Translations under genes and position numbers: made by a program
Shown: one piece after another, positions 29,928-43,358 of the stretch
Layout: each line of letters begins with the position of its first letter
Numbering within the stretch: the first letter of the stretch is position 1
Notes under the pieces: generated by a model
The model's input: the letters and a program-made list of their open reading frames with translations, nothing else
What the model was told of the DNA's origin: nothing
The model's database searches: none
Source: Octopus vulgaris
Lineage: Eukaryota
DNA length: 64,000 nt
Reading direction: 5' to 3'
Assembly: GCA_951406725.2 (NCBI GenBank)
Contig: OX597830.1
Location: 76,756,001-76,820,000, forward strand

Positions 29928-30170
29928 GTGGAGGCGCAATGGCCTAGTGGTTAGGGCAGCAGACTCGCGGTCGTAGGATCGCGGTTTCGGAGGCTCCGGC
30001 AGGGGGTGGTGATCCCTGCTGTACTCTTTCACCATTTTTTCTCCCACTCTTTCTTCTGTTGGCCTGCTCGCTTAGCCAGCGGGGTGGCGTCACTCGAAGG
30101 CTAAAACAATGCGAACGCATTGTGACCAGCGATGTGTAACTACATCTGATGGACTGGTCGGTCACGTGAT
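29928..30170 (+). mobile_element. SINE family C (tail type 1), internally deleted
   Basis: Matches 16498-16796 with the segment after ggtttcg missing. TSD atatttaataacat. Confidence 0.88.
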
Positions 30171-30446
30171 ATTTAATAACATATTACATTGAAATATATC
30201 GTGCAGTTGAAAACCTAGTTTAGAGTGAAACATTTGGCCACATGAATCAAATTATTTTCCTTCCTATCTCTCTCATATATTCATATCTGAGTGCGCGTGA
30301 CCCGCTACCCAGTGTTCTGAGAGTTTCCGGAGATTCCAGCATAGCTCTGAATCTTTGAATTAATAGATGTTATTCAAATCTATTTGATACCACTGAGATT
30401 TCTAGTCGCATAATTTCCATTCATACCAGTACGAAAACTTACCTTA

Positions 30447-30715
<269 letters not shown>

Positions 30716-30733
30716 ATACATATATATATTTAA

Positions 30734-30800
30734 CCCCCTGATGAATGACTGCGACTCAAAAATTTGAAGAAGTTAGCAGGCATGAAACGATCGTAGTGTG
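30734..30800 (+). ncRNA. Hammerhead ribozyme motif with long stem II and weak stem I
   Basis: cccc CTGATGA atgactgc..gcaggcat GAAA cgatcg TA gtg. Palindromic stem III. Confidence 0.6.
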
Positions 30801-30924
30801 ATATTAATTATATTTTTTTAATAATTTTGTTATATATTTAAATAATATAAATTAAATAATCTTATGTATTGGCTTAAGTTTTTCATTGTTTGATTTGCCT
30901 AATCGTGGTTTTGTCTCTAATTTA

Positions 30925-30963
<39 letters not shown>

Positions 30964-31427
30964 ATGTATATATCTATCCGTCTGTTTGTCTATCTATCTA
31001 TCTATATATATATGTATGCGTGAGTCGAAAGTTTAGATTTAAAGCACCAAAGGAATGGCAGAGTAAAAGACGGTCCATGAACATGTGTAAAAGACAACAT
31101 TCCAGACGTTATGAACTTTTAAGTTTCGTCCACATAAACGCCGCTTTTTCAACGTTTTGCACCTTAAAATTTATGAGTTACACTGAGATTTGAGTGTAGA
31201 GAATTAGTCTATGGGTTTCCTGATTTAAAGTGACGTTTGCTATTTTTCTTTCCTTAGCATTCCTACACATTCCTTAATTCCAGAAAGTGGTACATTTCGA
31301 AACTTTCACTTTCCGATTCTTTCAGTGAGTCTTTACTTTTTCTTCCACTGTTGTTATGTTTTCCACCTCTCTCTCCCTTCCCTCTCCTCTCTCTCTCTTT
31401 CTCTCTTTTTTGCTTTGCCTCTCTGTA

Positions 31428-31474
<47 letters not shown>

Positions 31475-31621
31475 TTTCTATCTACTTGCTTACCGTGAAT
31501 GCCTCTCCGTGCTTGACTCTCTGCTTATATTCATATATTAACATGTGTGATGAGTGAGTTTGTGCGTATGTGTATATATTATATATATACATATATATAT
31601 GCACACACATACACACAGATA

Positions 31622-31652
<31 letters not shown>

Positions 31653-31778
31653 GCGTGTGTGTGTGTGTGTGTGCATGCAATAAAAAAACACTTGTTTCTT
31701 AATAATTGTGTATTCTACCAGCAGTATATTGGATATATATTATCCCTTGGTGGGTTGGATTCACAACCTCTAACTTTA

Positions 31779-31810
<32 letters not shown>

Positions 31811-31908
31811 GATTAAAATATTAAAATTAAAATCTTTTAATCTTCGGATTTCTTTAATATGCTAGGCCACTGGTTTTAATTGAGTAATATCAATTTCTAC
31901 CCTTATTC

Positions 31909-31964
<56 letters not shown>

Positions 31965-32011
31965 TTAGCAATTAAGGACAACTACTTAATAAGGAATATA
32001 TATATATATAT

Positions 32012-32210
32012 ACTTTATTAAAAAGCAGCGAAAATATCGCAAAAACTCCCGTTCGTCGGACAATTTTCTTAACAAAACTGACCGACGAACCGGTACGTGA
32101 AACTCTGAGTAACAGTTTTTATAATATTTTTGCTGCTTTATAATAAAGCCTATTACTCTACCTCTGGCATTCGAGTACTATTTTTCCCACCTTTTCCACA
32201 TTTAGCTGCT
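32012..32210 (+). mobile_element. Decayed hairpin pLTR-like element with U4C hammerhead-like motif (~32074-32120)
   Basis: aaaactg a CCGACGA ac cggtac gt GAAA ctctgag TA acagtttt. Flanks are inverted (aaagcagcgaaaatat / atattttttgctgcttt). Related fragment at 24590-24670. Confidence 0.45.
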
Positions 32211-32272
32211 TACACTAGTACACACACACACATACATACATACATACATACATACATACATACATACATACA

Positions 32273-32384
<112 letters not shown>

Positions 32385-32913
32385 CATATATATATATAGG
32401 AATAAATGTAAGTGCGTGTGTTTGGGAGAACATTTTGGTTATTCTTTTCAAGCATAATCCCCAATGAAAATGATGCGCAATGTATTATAATTTTCACTTT
32501 CATACACACAATATTATACTGAAGAAGAAATAAACACATACAAGCAAATACAAACACAGTTTAAACATTATCAACACTGCTACAACTCTTACCTCCTCTT
32601 ACTGCTCCTGGATAATTAACCACCCCACTTTTTTCACCGAAAAACCCTTAATTAAAGAGACCACTGTTTTCCCGCTTGCAGGGGGAAGGCACTCGACTTC
32701 TCTTTAAACCATCAACATTTATTTGATGTCTTTTTAATGAGCATTTCGCTGTTGTAACCATTTTCACACAACATTGTCATATCAAATTATTTATATGCTT
32801 CTTTATAGTTTATTTATAGTTTTGTGTGTGAATTTTAAATGTACTTCATATACCTCTATGTAGCTCTTTTGAATTATTTGTTATATTCATTCATAAATGC
32901 ATATATACGTATA

Positions 32914-33027
<114 letters not shown>

Positions 33028-33135
33028 GCACACGTACATACATAGAAACATACATACATACATACATGTATGCATACATACGTACATGCATACATACATG
33101 CATATATGCATACATACATACATGCACGTATACAT

Positions 33136-33300
33136 ACTTTGGAGTCCTGGGATATGTGATACACTGCCTAAATACCAATCTTGAGAAATTAGGCTTCTCA
33201 AAACCGGAAAAGAGAAAGCTAATTAGAAGACTACAGAGCCAGTCCATCATGGAACTGTAAAAATCTGTAAAAACTTTCCAGAAGTTTATCATTTAAATAT
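33136..33300 (+). mobile_element. RLE-type LINE 3' tip
   Basis: [36 protein letters not shown] aligns by eye with IGALGFVSKCLKENLDKLRFSGREIDRLIRT at ~11180. Lies within (CATA)n. Confidence 0.55.
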
Positions 33301-33435
33301 ATATGAGCATCTCTAGATATGCAACTATATGCATGAGAATACACATATAAAACAAAACATAAAAATCTGCACATATACATAAATACATACATACATACAT
33401 GCAGGCATACATACACACATACATACAGGCATACA

Positions 33436-33469
<34 letters not shown>

Positions 33470-34237
33470 CATACATACATATATACATACATACATACAT
33501 ACATACATACATACATACATACATACATACATACATACATACATACATACATAAGTACATACATACATAGAAACAGACAAACAAACAAAAATACCCTGTT
33601 GTTGATGCTGAAATTCCAATGAAGGAGTCTTGAATCTAGGTTAGAAACCGGCTCTTTATCTATTGGGAAGAAATTTTGAAACTGAACTGAGCAATAACAT
33701 ACATACATATATACATACACTGAATTTAGGTAAATAATCCTTCGAACAGAAGCGACGCCTGCTTGGTTCGGCTGCTCTACATTGATAAAGGGCAAATACC
33801 CTGAAAATAGTCTCTGGATGCCTGAGCAGCAAGGGGAAGTGGTTGACCTCCCCCTGTTCGAAGGTTATAATAGATGCAGGTTCGTGAATGAAATAAATAA
33901 ATAATAAACGACGAAATTGTCACGGTTTGAAACTCTATGGCCGATCAAGAAGTATATTTTGGGGTAATCTTTTTTGAGAATCTTGTTGTATGAGACAAGT
34001 TTTATTACCAAGCGAACCACGCTACTAAAAAAAAAAATTAAAGTTAATTTTGTTAAGTATGGTCTTCAGAAAGTCTCGCAGGCCACAAGCTGCACATATT
34101 GACTGTTTATGTTCGTTCTTTGCAGCTGATAATTTTTTGTTAAAACGTAAAGCTGATGATGTGATTGATTCTACGCTACTTCTGATCTGATGTATCATAA
34201 ACATGTGTAATGACTGAAACCGGTGCAAACAATAAAA

Positions 34238-34238
34238 T

Positions 34239-34280
<42 letters not shown>

Positions 34281-34286
34281 CAGCAA

Positions 34287-34353
<67 letters not shown>

Positions 34354-34408
34354 GTTGGTGTTGGTGGTGGTGGTGTTGTTGTTGTTGTTGTTGGTTGTGG
34401 TGGTGGTG

Positions 34409-34507
<99 letters not shown>

Positions 34508-35075
34508 TTTGCATTAGCACCAGTAGCAGCAGCAGTAAGGAGAACTATGTTAACTTAGACCGTGCTTTTGTCATCGATGAAGTACGAAATTTCAATTTTT
34601 TTTTTAAAAGTCATTTAAAACGATGTCCATATTTCCAGAAAGTGTTGGCGCTGGTTCTGATGATGACGATGGTGTTGTTGATTATATTGTTGATGGTGAT
34701 GGGCCTCGTACTGGTGTTCATCATTCTTGTTGTCAAGGTGGTGGTGGTGGTGGTGGCGGCGGCGGTGGTGGTGATGATGATGCAGCTGGTGTGCTAGGAT
34801 GCTGGTAGGTTGCTTATTGGCAGCAGTGGTGGTTGCCGGGGGTTGTGGCGGTGTTGGTTGTATGGGTGGGGGTGTAGTATTGAGAGAAGTAGTTGTGATG
34901 GCGTTGGTGGTTGTCTGAGTTATTAGTTTTGATGGCGGCGGCGGCGGTAGCAGCGGTGGTGGTGGCAGCAGAAGTGGTGGTGGTAGTGTTTGTTGTTGTT
35001 GGGGTTGGTGGTGATGGAGGGACATATTATCGGAGTAGTTATGATAGAGGTAGTTGTTGTTGTTGATGTTGTTGC

Positions 35076-35106
<31 letters not shown>

Positions 35107-35279
35107 GGCGGTGGTAGTGGTGGTGGTGGTGGAGGTGGTGGGGGCAGCAGAAGTGGTGGTGGTAGTGTTGTAGTAGTAATGGTGTTTTTATTGTTGTTGT
35201 TGTTGGGGTTGGTGGTGATGGAGGGACATATTATCGGAGTAGTTATGATAGAGGTAGTTGTTGTTGTTGCTGTTGTTGC

Positions 35280-35310
<31 letters not shown>

Positions 35311-35540
35311 GGCGGTGGTAGTGGTGGTGGTGGTGGTGTCGGTGACGTATAATAGTGATGGTGGCGCATCGGTGTTGTTATTCGTGGAGGTGGTGGCGGT
35401 GATGCTGGTGGTGGTGTTAGTTTTATCAGTGTTAGTGACAATAAATAGAGGAGAATCATAATGTAGAGAATGGCTAAAATTATGATGATAACGATGATGA
35501 GAGAGGAGGAGGAGGAGGGTGATGGAGGTGATGGTGATTT
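34238..35540. repeat. Compound triplet low-complexity tract with an internal ~200-bp direct duplication
   Basis: (TAG)n/(GGT)n/(GTT)n/(ATT)n. gatggagggacatattatcggagtagttatgatagagg occurs at ~35013 and ~35217. Confidence 0.9.
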
Positions 35541-35747
35541 CGGTTAGGACAGGGGCCGTTGAATTAGAAAATATTAAGAAATTGATTAATGCGCATTTGG
35601 GTAATTAACACAGTTTTAAAGTTTATTCGCGATATTCATCAACTGATGACACTTAACATCGTCATCACAGAGATATGTAGCCATACATACATACATACAT
35701 ACATACATACATACATACATACATGCATACATACATACATACATACA

Positions 35748-35778
<31 letters not shown>

Positions 35779-35862
35779 TAATGCATATTCATACACATAC
35801 TTATTTGTATATACACATGCATACACCTATTTATTCGTACACGTACACATTCATATACATAC

Positions 35863-35897
<35 letters not shown>

Positions 35898-36037
35898 CAC
35901 ATACGCATTGATACAAACGCACACATACACACATACACCCACAGGCACATACACAGACGCACATATATACACACGCATATATATAGTCATATTTTAATTA
36001 GATGTACAGTTATATACATAATTATTACATACATGTT

Positions 36038-36076
<39 letters not shown>

Positions 36077-36226
36077 AACGTACTTTTCATTACATGTATA
36101 ATTATATGCATACATGCATACATGCCTATATACATATGTTTGTATGCATGTATGTAATGTGTGCATGTATACATGTTTGTAATACATGTATGTACGTATG
36201 CATGTATGCATATATGTATACACACA

Positions 36227-36466
36227 CAGGGTGGACGTGCAAAAGTAGGTATACAGTAGGTATTATGTAATACTTAATTCATTAAATTTCTTAGCTCATT
36301 AAATTAGTCTCATTTTTTAATATTTTCAGTGTTATTAATCATAATAATACATTTATCATAACTATAATAATACTTTTATCGTAACTTTTAATTTTTTTCA
36401 TAAAAGTAAATGAGTATTGTATGTTTTCTTTCTTCATAACTGTATACCTAGTTTCGCACCACCCTA
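36227..36466. mobile_element. Tc1/mariner-type MITE
   Basis: TIRs cagggtggacgtgcaaaagtaggtatacagt / actgtatacctagtttcgcaccaccct, with an AT-rich interior. Confidence 0.65.
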
Positions 36467-36683
36467 TATATACAGTCATATGCACTTGTATATATGTGTA
36501 TACACACACAGATATTTTTCATTATTTATATAATTATATACATACATGTAAACATGCATAAATACATGCATACATACACATAAACACACACATACGCAAG
36601 CACGCATACACCCCAGAAACACATTGATGAACTGCAAACAGGAATATCCCTTCTTACGTACACAGATAGATAGATAGATAGAG

Positions 36684-36746
<63 letters not shown>

Positions 36747-36772
36747 GATGGATGGATAGATAGAGATGGATG

Positions 36773-36846
<74 letters not shown>

Positions 36847-36876
36847 TAGATAGAGTGATAGATAAATAGATAGAGT

Positions 36877-36958
<82 letters not shown>

Positions 36959-37623
36959 GATGGATGGATGCATGGATATATAGATAGATAGAGTTGGATG
37001 AATAGATAGATAGATACATACATACATACATACATAAATACATACATACAAAGGAACTCATATACACACTTAAGCATATGCATATATACTAGCATATATA
37101 TATATATAGTGACACATTCATATACGCACATACACAGGTACATACATCTATTTGCATATAGATACGGGTACATAAGTACACCTACTTATAGAGATACTCA
37201 AGCAGATAGACTACAAATCCTATCGAGCTAAACTGACTTTTGTTCTTACAAGGTCACTGAATAGAGTACCAAGTGCTGGGGTGATCCTCTCTCATCACAT
37301 ATTCACCCATCTTTCTCTTTTTCCCTCTCTCTTTCTGAATCGGCTAACTCGTGCTATGAGAATAGTATTGGGAAAACCCTAATAGCGCCTGATATTAACT
37401 TGTGTTTTGATCAAACTTACACGTTTGAAAATGATGTGGTAAAAATGTGAAAAGTTTCAAGTGTTTGTAAGGAATTTAACAAGATTCCGTTCGGCCAAAT
37501 TACTGGGACGTGAAAAAGCCAGAACCTGTTTCCAAGCGGTCATGGTGGATAAAGTGAAACACATACACATATACATACACATGCTCACATATACATAGAT
37601 ATATACATATATGTAAAAATAAA

Positions 37624-37659
<36 letters not shown>

Positions 37660-37822
37660 TGACGTATATTTGCCATCTCAATATGGCTACCCCTAAGGGT
37701 GGATGCTACTGTAGTTTTTAGCCCCAGGAGGACACACTCCTCCAGCTGGCCATAGACACACTATCTGTGTCCTGTCAGTATTTGCAAAGGGAAGTCATCC
37801 TTCCCGTCTTCAACTTATGATA

Positions 37823-37867
37823 CACACGGACTCGAGTTTCGAGGTATTGACCTCTCGTCAGCGTGTG
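37823..37867 (-). ncRNA. Minimal type I hammerhead ribozyme
   Basis: cacacg CTGACGA gagg tcaata cctc GAAA ctcgag TC cgtgtg. Perfect core and stems. Confidence 0.93.
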
Positions 37868-38174
37868 ACAATCATAGTTGTCGGCGAGAATTAGATTTCC
37901 TTCACAAATACTTATACTTTTTCCAGCGTCCACTGTCGCTGATATTGAAAAAGTGAAATCAAACAATGATAAATATCAAAGTGAGTTATATACAGTAGCG
38001 GTAACACATCGTGACGTATATTTGCCATCTCAATATGGCTACCCCTAAGGGTGGATGCTACTGTAGTTTTTAGCCCCAGGAGGACACACTCCTCCAGCTG
38101 GCCATAGACACACTTTCTGTGTCCTGTCAGTATTTGCAAAGGGAAGTCATCCTTCCCGTCTTCAACTTATGATA

Positions 38175-38219
38175 CACACGGACTCGAGTTTCGAGGTATT
38201 GACCTCTCGTCAGCGTGTG
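38175..38219 (-). ncRNA. Minimal type I hammerhead ribozyme
   Basis: Identical motif, 352 nt from the previous one. Confidence 0.93.
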
Positions 38220-38526
38220 ACAATCATAGTTGTCGGCGAGAATTAGATTTCCTTCACAAATACTTATACTTTTCCAGCGTCCACTGTCGCTGATATTGAA
38301 AAAGTGAAATCAAACAATGATAAATATCAAAGTGAGTTATATACAGTAGCGGTAACACATCGTGACGTATTTTTGCCATCTCAATATGGCTAACCCCTAA
38401 GGGTGGATGCTACTGTAGTTTTTAGCCCCAGGAGGACACACTCCTCCAGCTGGCCATAGACACACTTTCTGTGTCCTGTCAGTATTTGCAAAGGGAAGTC
38501 ATCCTTCCCGTCTTCAACTTATGATA

Positions 38527-38571
38527 CACACGGACTCGAGTTTCGAGGTATTGACCTCTCGTCAGCGTGTG
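38527..38571 (-). ncRNA. Minimal type I hammerhead ribozyme
   Basis: Identical motif, 352 nt from the previous one. Confidence 0.93.
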
Positions 38572-38875
38572 ACAATCATAGTTGTCGGCGAGAATTAGAT
38601 TTCCTTCACAAATACTTATACTTTTTCCAGCGTCCACTGTCGCTGATATTGAAAAAGTGAAATCAAACAATGATAAATACAGTAGCATCCACCCTTAGGA
38701 GTAGCCATATTGAGATGGCAAATATACGTCACGATGTGTTACCGCTACTGTATATAACTCACTTTGATATTTATCATTGTTTGATTTCACTTTTTCAATA
38801 TCAGCGACAGTGGACGCTGGAAAAAGTATAAGTATTTGTGAAGGAAATCTAATTCTCGCCGACAACTATGATTGT

Positions 38876-38920
38876 CACACGCTGACGAGAGGTCAATACC
38901 TCGAAACTCGAGTCCGTGTG
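38876..38920 (+). ncRNA. Minimal type I hammerhead ribozyme in the inverted arm
   Basis: cacacgctgacgagaggtcaatacctcgaaactcgagtccgtgtg read directly on the plus strand. Confidence 0.93.
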
Positions 38921-39126
38921 TATCATAAGTTGAAGACGGGAAGGATGACTTCCCTTTGCAAATACTGACAGGACACAGAAAGTGTGTCTATGGCCAGCTG
39001 GAGGAGTGTGTCCTCCTGGGGCTAAAACTACAGTAGCATCCACCCTTAGGGGTAGCCATATTGAGATGGCAAATATACGTCACGATGTGTTACCGCTACT
39101 GTATATAACTCACTTTGATATTTATC

Positions 39127-39162
<36 letters not shown>

Positions 39163-39321
39163 AGTGTGTGTGTGTGTGTGTGTATATATATAACAAAGTA
39201 AGTTTGGGGCTACCAATAAATATATATAATTGAAATATAGGATAACATTTTTACGAGGATTTATCAAGTAGTTATCGTGAAAAACCTCAGTGGGATAACT
39301 TATTAATTATTCCCTATGAAT

Positions 39322-39677
39322 ATATTTATTTATATTAAGGGCATTACTTATACATAAATGCCTCACGTTAGGAGGGTCTCTTGAAGTCAAAACTACTATA
39401 ATGCCCACATTGTACAAAACGCGAAGGAATGCAACTTTCAAAGCGAGCCTCCAGAAACAGACGTAGGTGAACATATAATTTCGTAATTAGTGCACAAAAT
39501 GCAATTTTCATCAGCGCAACCTTTGTCAAGACATATAAAAATTAACAAAAATGAACGTACCAGACGAACACATATATCCTTGCGTTTGATTCAATGTGGT
39601 TATTATAGTAGTATTGACTTCAAGAGTCCCTCTTAGCGCGGAGCATTTCTATATAGTAATGCCCTTAATATAAATAA

Positions 39678-39680
<3 letters not shown>
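39322..39680. repeat. Diverged ~80-bp inverted repeat element (foldback or MITE-like)
   Basis: tatttatttatattaagggcattact..ctcttgaagtcaaaactactataat mirrors attatagtagtattgacttcaagag..agtaatgcccttaatataaataaata. Confidence 0.7.
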
Positions 39681-39719
<39 letters not shown>

Positions 39720-40615
39720 GTGCGTATGTATATGTGTTTATATGTATATATATACATATTCATATATATATTTTATTTTCTACTTTAGATACAGGTGTTC
39801 ACTATATATAGAAACACTTCGAAGTGCTGAAGAGATTAGAACTTGAGACTTTAGATATGTAAAGAAACGACAAGCAAGCTAGATATTTATTTACATTTAC
39901 ATATGAAGATACATTGAATGGAAATCAAAAAGGTAAACGTGTGTGGATATTAAGAAGACATAGTCCAATTTTCAGAAAAAACAGTATCACAAATAGAATA
40001 GGTAGAGTTTTAAGTATTCTACGGCCATTTCAGGGATATTTGTGGTCCTGATATAGGACAGATATCAGGGACCATTGTTGGATAACATCACCTCACCGGG
40101 TGACGCATTTTATATTAAAAATTTTGCATTTAAAATGTTGACATGACAGAGGTTAAAGACTGATTGATTTTATAGAGGGCTACATTTATTAGGAAGGGGA
40201 GTTAGGGATGTTTAAACAGAGAATAGTTGCAGGATGGAGAAAATAGATTTCAAGATCATAAGACCACTGATGGTATTAAAGGTGAGAGTGGTAGAAAGTG
40301 GATTAGTTTATGTCCAAGTTAAATTAGTGAAAAAAGGATGGACTTAAGCGGTTCGATATCAGATAAGGGTATGAGAGGGAGATTATAACTTCTATTCTAG
40401 GCTTTCCATCCGACTCATTTGCCCCAGAAAATCCGACTTGGGTCGAATTAGTTAATGCATTATTGACCGTATTATACACCGTGTCAGGAATAACGTTGAG
40501 CTCCCGCTATGGAATTGCACTTGAGATGTTATTTTTGGTTTCCCTCTTTCCACCATAAACGCACGAATTTCCTTCAGTTTGACATGTCAAATTATTGCAA
40601 TATTAACAATGGACA

Positions 40616-40822
40616 AGGCGCCGAGTTGGCAGAAACGTTTGCACGCAGGGCAAAATGCTTAGCGTTCTGTTTTTACGTTATGAGTTCAAAATTCCGCCGA
40701 TTTCGACCTTACCTTTCATCCTTTCAGGTTTGAAACATTAAGTACCCGTTGCGTAGTGGGGTCGATCTAATCAACTGGGCCCTACCCCAAAATTTCGGGC
40801 TTTGTGACTAGAGTAGAAAAGA
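40616..40822 (+). mobile_element. SINE family A-related copy
   Basis: aggcgccgagttggcagaaacg..gagttcaaaattccgcc..ctttcatcctttc. Confidence 0.8.
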
Positions 40823-40867
40823 ATATTTTTAATCGACGGACAGGTGTCCTCATCTTGTTAGTTGTTA

Positions 40868-40913
40868 CTACAACGTTTCGGCGGAGGAATTCTCCAGCCT
40901 TCTTCAGATGTCC
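40868..40913 (-). ncRNA. Hammerhead motif with decayed stem I, next to an old PLE
   Basis: Minus strand: acat CTGAAGA a ggc tggagaattcctcc gcc GAAA cg TT gtag. Flanks 40836-40866 and 40918-40946 are inverted. Confidence 0.6.
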
Positions 40914-40989
40914 TGTTAACAATAAAGTGTAGACATCTACCCGTCCAATTCAAATATCATACATAATTCCTCAACTCTAAATTATAAAA

Positions 40990-42760
40990 CAGTATCAAAT
41001 GATTACCCGTCAATATCACAAATACTTTTTGATAAAACCTTAATATTTGCCCGAAATTATGCTACCATCCGCAGATCGGATATGAATATCACTCTGGCAA
41101 TGAAGAAAACTTAATTCAATTTAAGTGTAACTATTGAACGCCCAACGAATCTATGGATTACTTCGATATAAAAATGGACTCATCGGACACCGCCCACGCA
41201 CAGACCTTGTGGGCTTGTTCCTCATCCCCCAGATTAAACAATGCTTCCCCAACATAACCGCCGGACAATAGAGGGATGATGCAAATTCTTGCAGTAACTG
41301 GATTAACTGAACCTTCAGTAGAACACACAAAGACAGCCCTACGCAAACTCTTCAAAATCTTCCTCCTAAGTATTTCATTCGAAATTGATACCAATTTTTT
41401 GGACGTTAATCTTTACTTAAACACTAATTTATACCGTCCTTTCTATAAACCCAACCAATCTTTACAATACTTAAATGTCCACTCTAATCATCCAAAACTT
41501 ATCCCCTTATAGCCTAGTTACATGTCTATCATTATAATCAGGCCCTCAAAATGAATAGAATTTTTTGATCAATAACACGAATCTTAAAACTGAAATAGCA
41601 AATCTCTTCCACTGATTCAAAGGCCATTACTTCAACTCGACACCAATCCAGCAGCTCCACAAAAAAAATCACCTTAACTCCTTAGCATCACTGGCCACCT
41701 CGAGCCTATAACAACTACAAACCTCCATTTTCGAATCAGCGAACTTCATTCACACATTGTAAACAATCAAAGGCTAGGAAACGCGAACTCCTATGGTTTG
41801 TATCACCGTCCTCGCTCCAAGTTAAATCTCTAGCAAAATTATTTTTCAAAATTATAAATTCTAATTTTTTATCCACAACGTAAACAATCTTATCCTATCT
41901 TTAATAAATCATCAGTGAAGATCTCCTACTCTACTGACCCTAACAATAGTTACATATATAACTATATATAACTATATAATAGCCTCCTCGAAAACCCATG
42001 AACTCCAACACCAGTCCTCTAAGTATGTAAACTCTTGCACTGCATCACAAGCTAATCTTGACAATACAATAATACAAACCTTAATAAGCCACTTCAATTG
42101 TGTAATACTAAACTTCAGCCAAAAGACTACAACCCTATCTACGAGACGACAGATATTAGTTCCATTACAAACTCCCAATCCGATACTAATATAAATCCTA
42201 ATTTAGATTCTCCCCACTAACAACAAACCAACCAACATCAACATTACTAATAGTAAACCCCAACCACTTGCAACTGACCGGCTCTGAAATATACGGTATG
42301 CAGGCCCCTGTCTCCTGAAAAGCGTAAGCTATAAGTGCCACGTGATGACCCCAAGCACCCACCAGGCAAAGGTGTATATTTGTGGCACTGAGGATTTTGA
42401 ATGCCGTTGTCGTGCTCATATGTATTCTTTCACTAATCCCAAATCTAAACTATTTCTATCTTTAGTAACACACATATACAACCTCAATTCAAAACAATGT
42501 CCAATACGCTCTATCGTGGTCCATAGTATGTGAAGCTCCCTTCTACAACACAAATATAGGTAAATGTATGTTATGTATAAAAGGGTCATTAACTATTCTT
42601 CGCCTCCACAACTCCTCGCTGTTAAATTCTCTGACGTTATTTATTCATGTAAGCATAAATACTGCCCGGCATTCATGCACTTCACTAATTCTAAATAATC
42701 ATATAGCAAGCCCCGAGGCCCATCAAATCTCTAACGTAAAACAAGAGTCAACCTGACAAT
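40990..42760 (+). pseudogene. Highly decayed Penelope-like element (RT and GIY-YIG remnants)
   Basis: RDD at ~41270, then NFLDVNLYLNTNLYRPFYKPNQSLQYLNVHSNHP (PLE RT/thumb). KVYICGTEDFECRCRAHMYSF at ~42370 is a YIG-like motif. Many stops and frameshifts. Confidence 0.7.
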
Positions 42761-42976
42761 CGACAAGTGAACACATTCCAAATAGCTTATATGTGTGTGT
42801 GTGTGTGCCTATGTACGCATATATCTATATATGTATATATATATTAATAAAAAGAATTCCAACCTTGTCTGATTTTCACGTTTTATTTACAATCTTATAA
42901 TGATATATTATAAGATAATATATTATAATTGAGTAAAATAAAATGAAATAGTAGAATGTTAAATATTCATTCTGAT

Positions 42977-43021
42977 TGAACTAGTACTTTCATGCATTGA
43001 ATTCTGCAATCTTCGGGTTCA
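42977..43021 (-). ncRNA. Hammerhead variant (U4C core)
   Basis: Minus strand: tgaac CCGAAGA t tgca gaattcaa tgca t GAAA gtac TA gttca. 5-bp stem I, palindromic stem III. Confidence 0.7.
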
Positions 43022-43184
43022 TGTAGTAGTGTTGACAGTCATGCTTCACAAGAAAATAGTAAAGTGTGAAAAAACGACAGAAGGCTTAAATGTTAAAAAA
43101 TATATATATTTGTGTCAAAATGTCTGGAGAATATTGGAAAAATTTTTTTCCTTTCCTTAAAATGACATAATTTTAAAATTTTTA

Positions 43185-43224
43185 AAGAAATTACCGGTTT
43201 CGCGTGTAGCTTTTCAAATTTCTT
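43185..43224 (-). ncRNA. Hammerhead variant (C3U/G8A) in the PLE 3' pLTR
   Basis: Minus strand: aagaaat TTGAAAA gc tacac gc GAAA ccgg TA atttctt. 7-bp stem I. Confidence 0.8.
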
Positions 43225-43358
43225 GTGACGTTATGTTTATATTGCATGGAGTTATCGTTGTGTTTATTATCAGGAGATTTCTAAATAAGGGGAGGTAGTG
43301 AGTGATTTCTTCCGGTGTAAGGGAGATAATCGCTTAAAACTTTTTTCCCTTTTCCTTG

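Larger units (their letters stand above)
37658..39128. repeat. 352-bp hammerhead-containing unit: ~2.9 tandem copies (minus sense) fused to ~1.3 inverted copies; retrozyme-like
   Basis: cgtgacgtat recurs at 37658, 38010 and 38361. Orientation flips at ~38678. Both ends are bounded by (TA)n. Confidence 0.95.

Noticed and set aside
34615-35459. Mucin- or extensin-like Pro/Thr-rich ORFs
   Set aside because: Triplet repeats are open in several frames on both strands, with no splice or domain evidence.
37775-38968. Repeated 63-aa ORF MFDFTFSISATVDAG...
   Set aside because: It recurs only because the repeat does. It is broken by an indel in one unit, crosses the ribozyme cleavage site and has no recognisable domain.
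40010-40100. Hairpin followed by GAAA tggccg TA on the minus strand
   Set aside because: The 5' core strand is unrecognisable, so it was not counted as a ribozyme.
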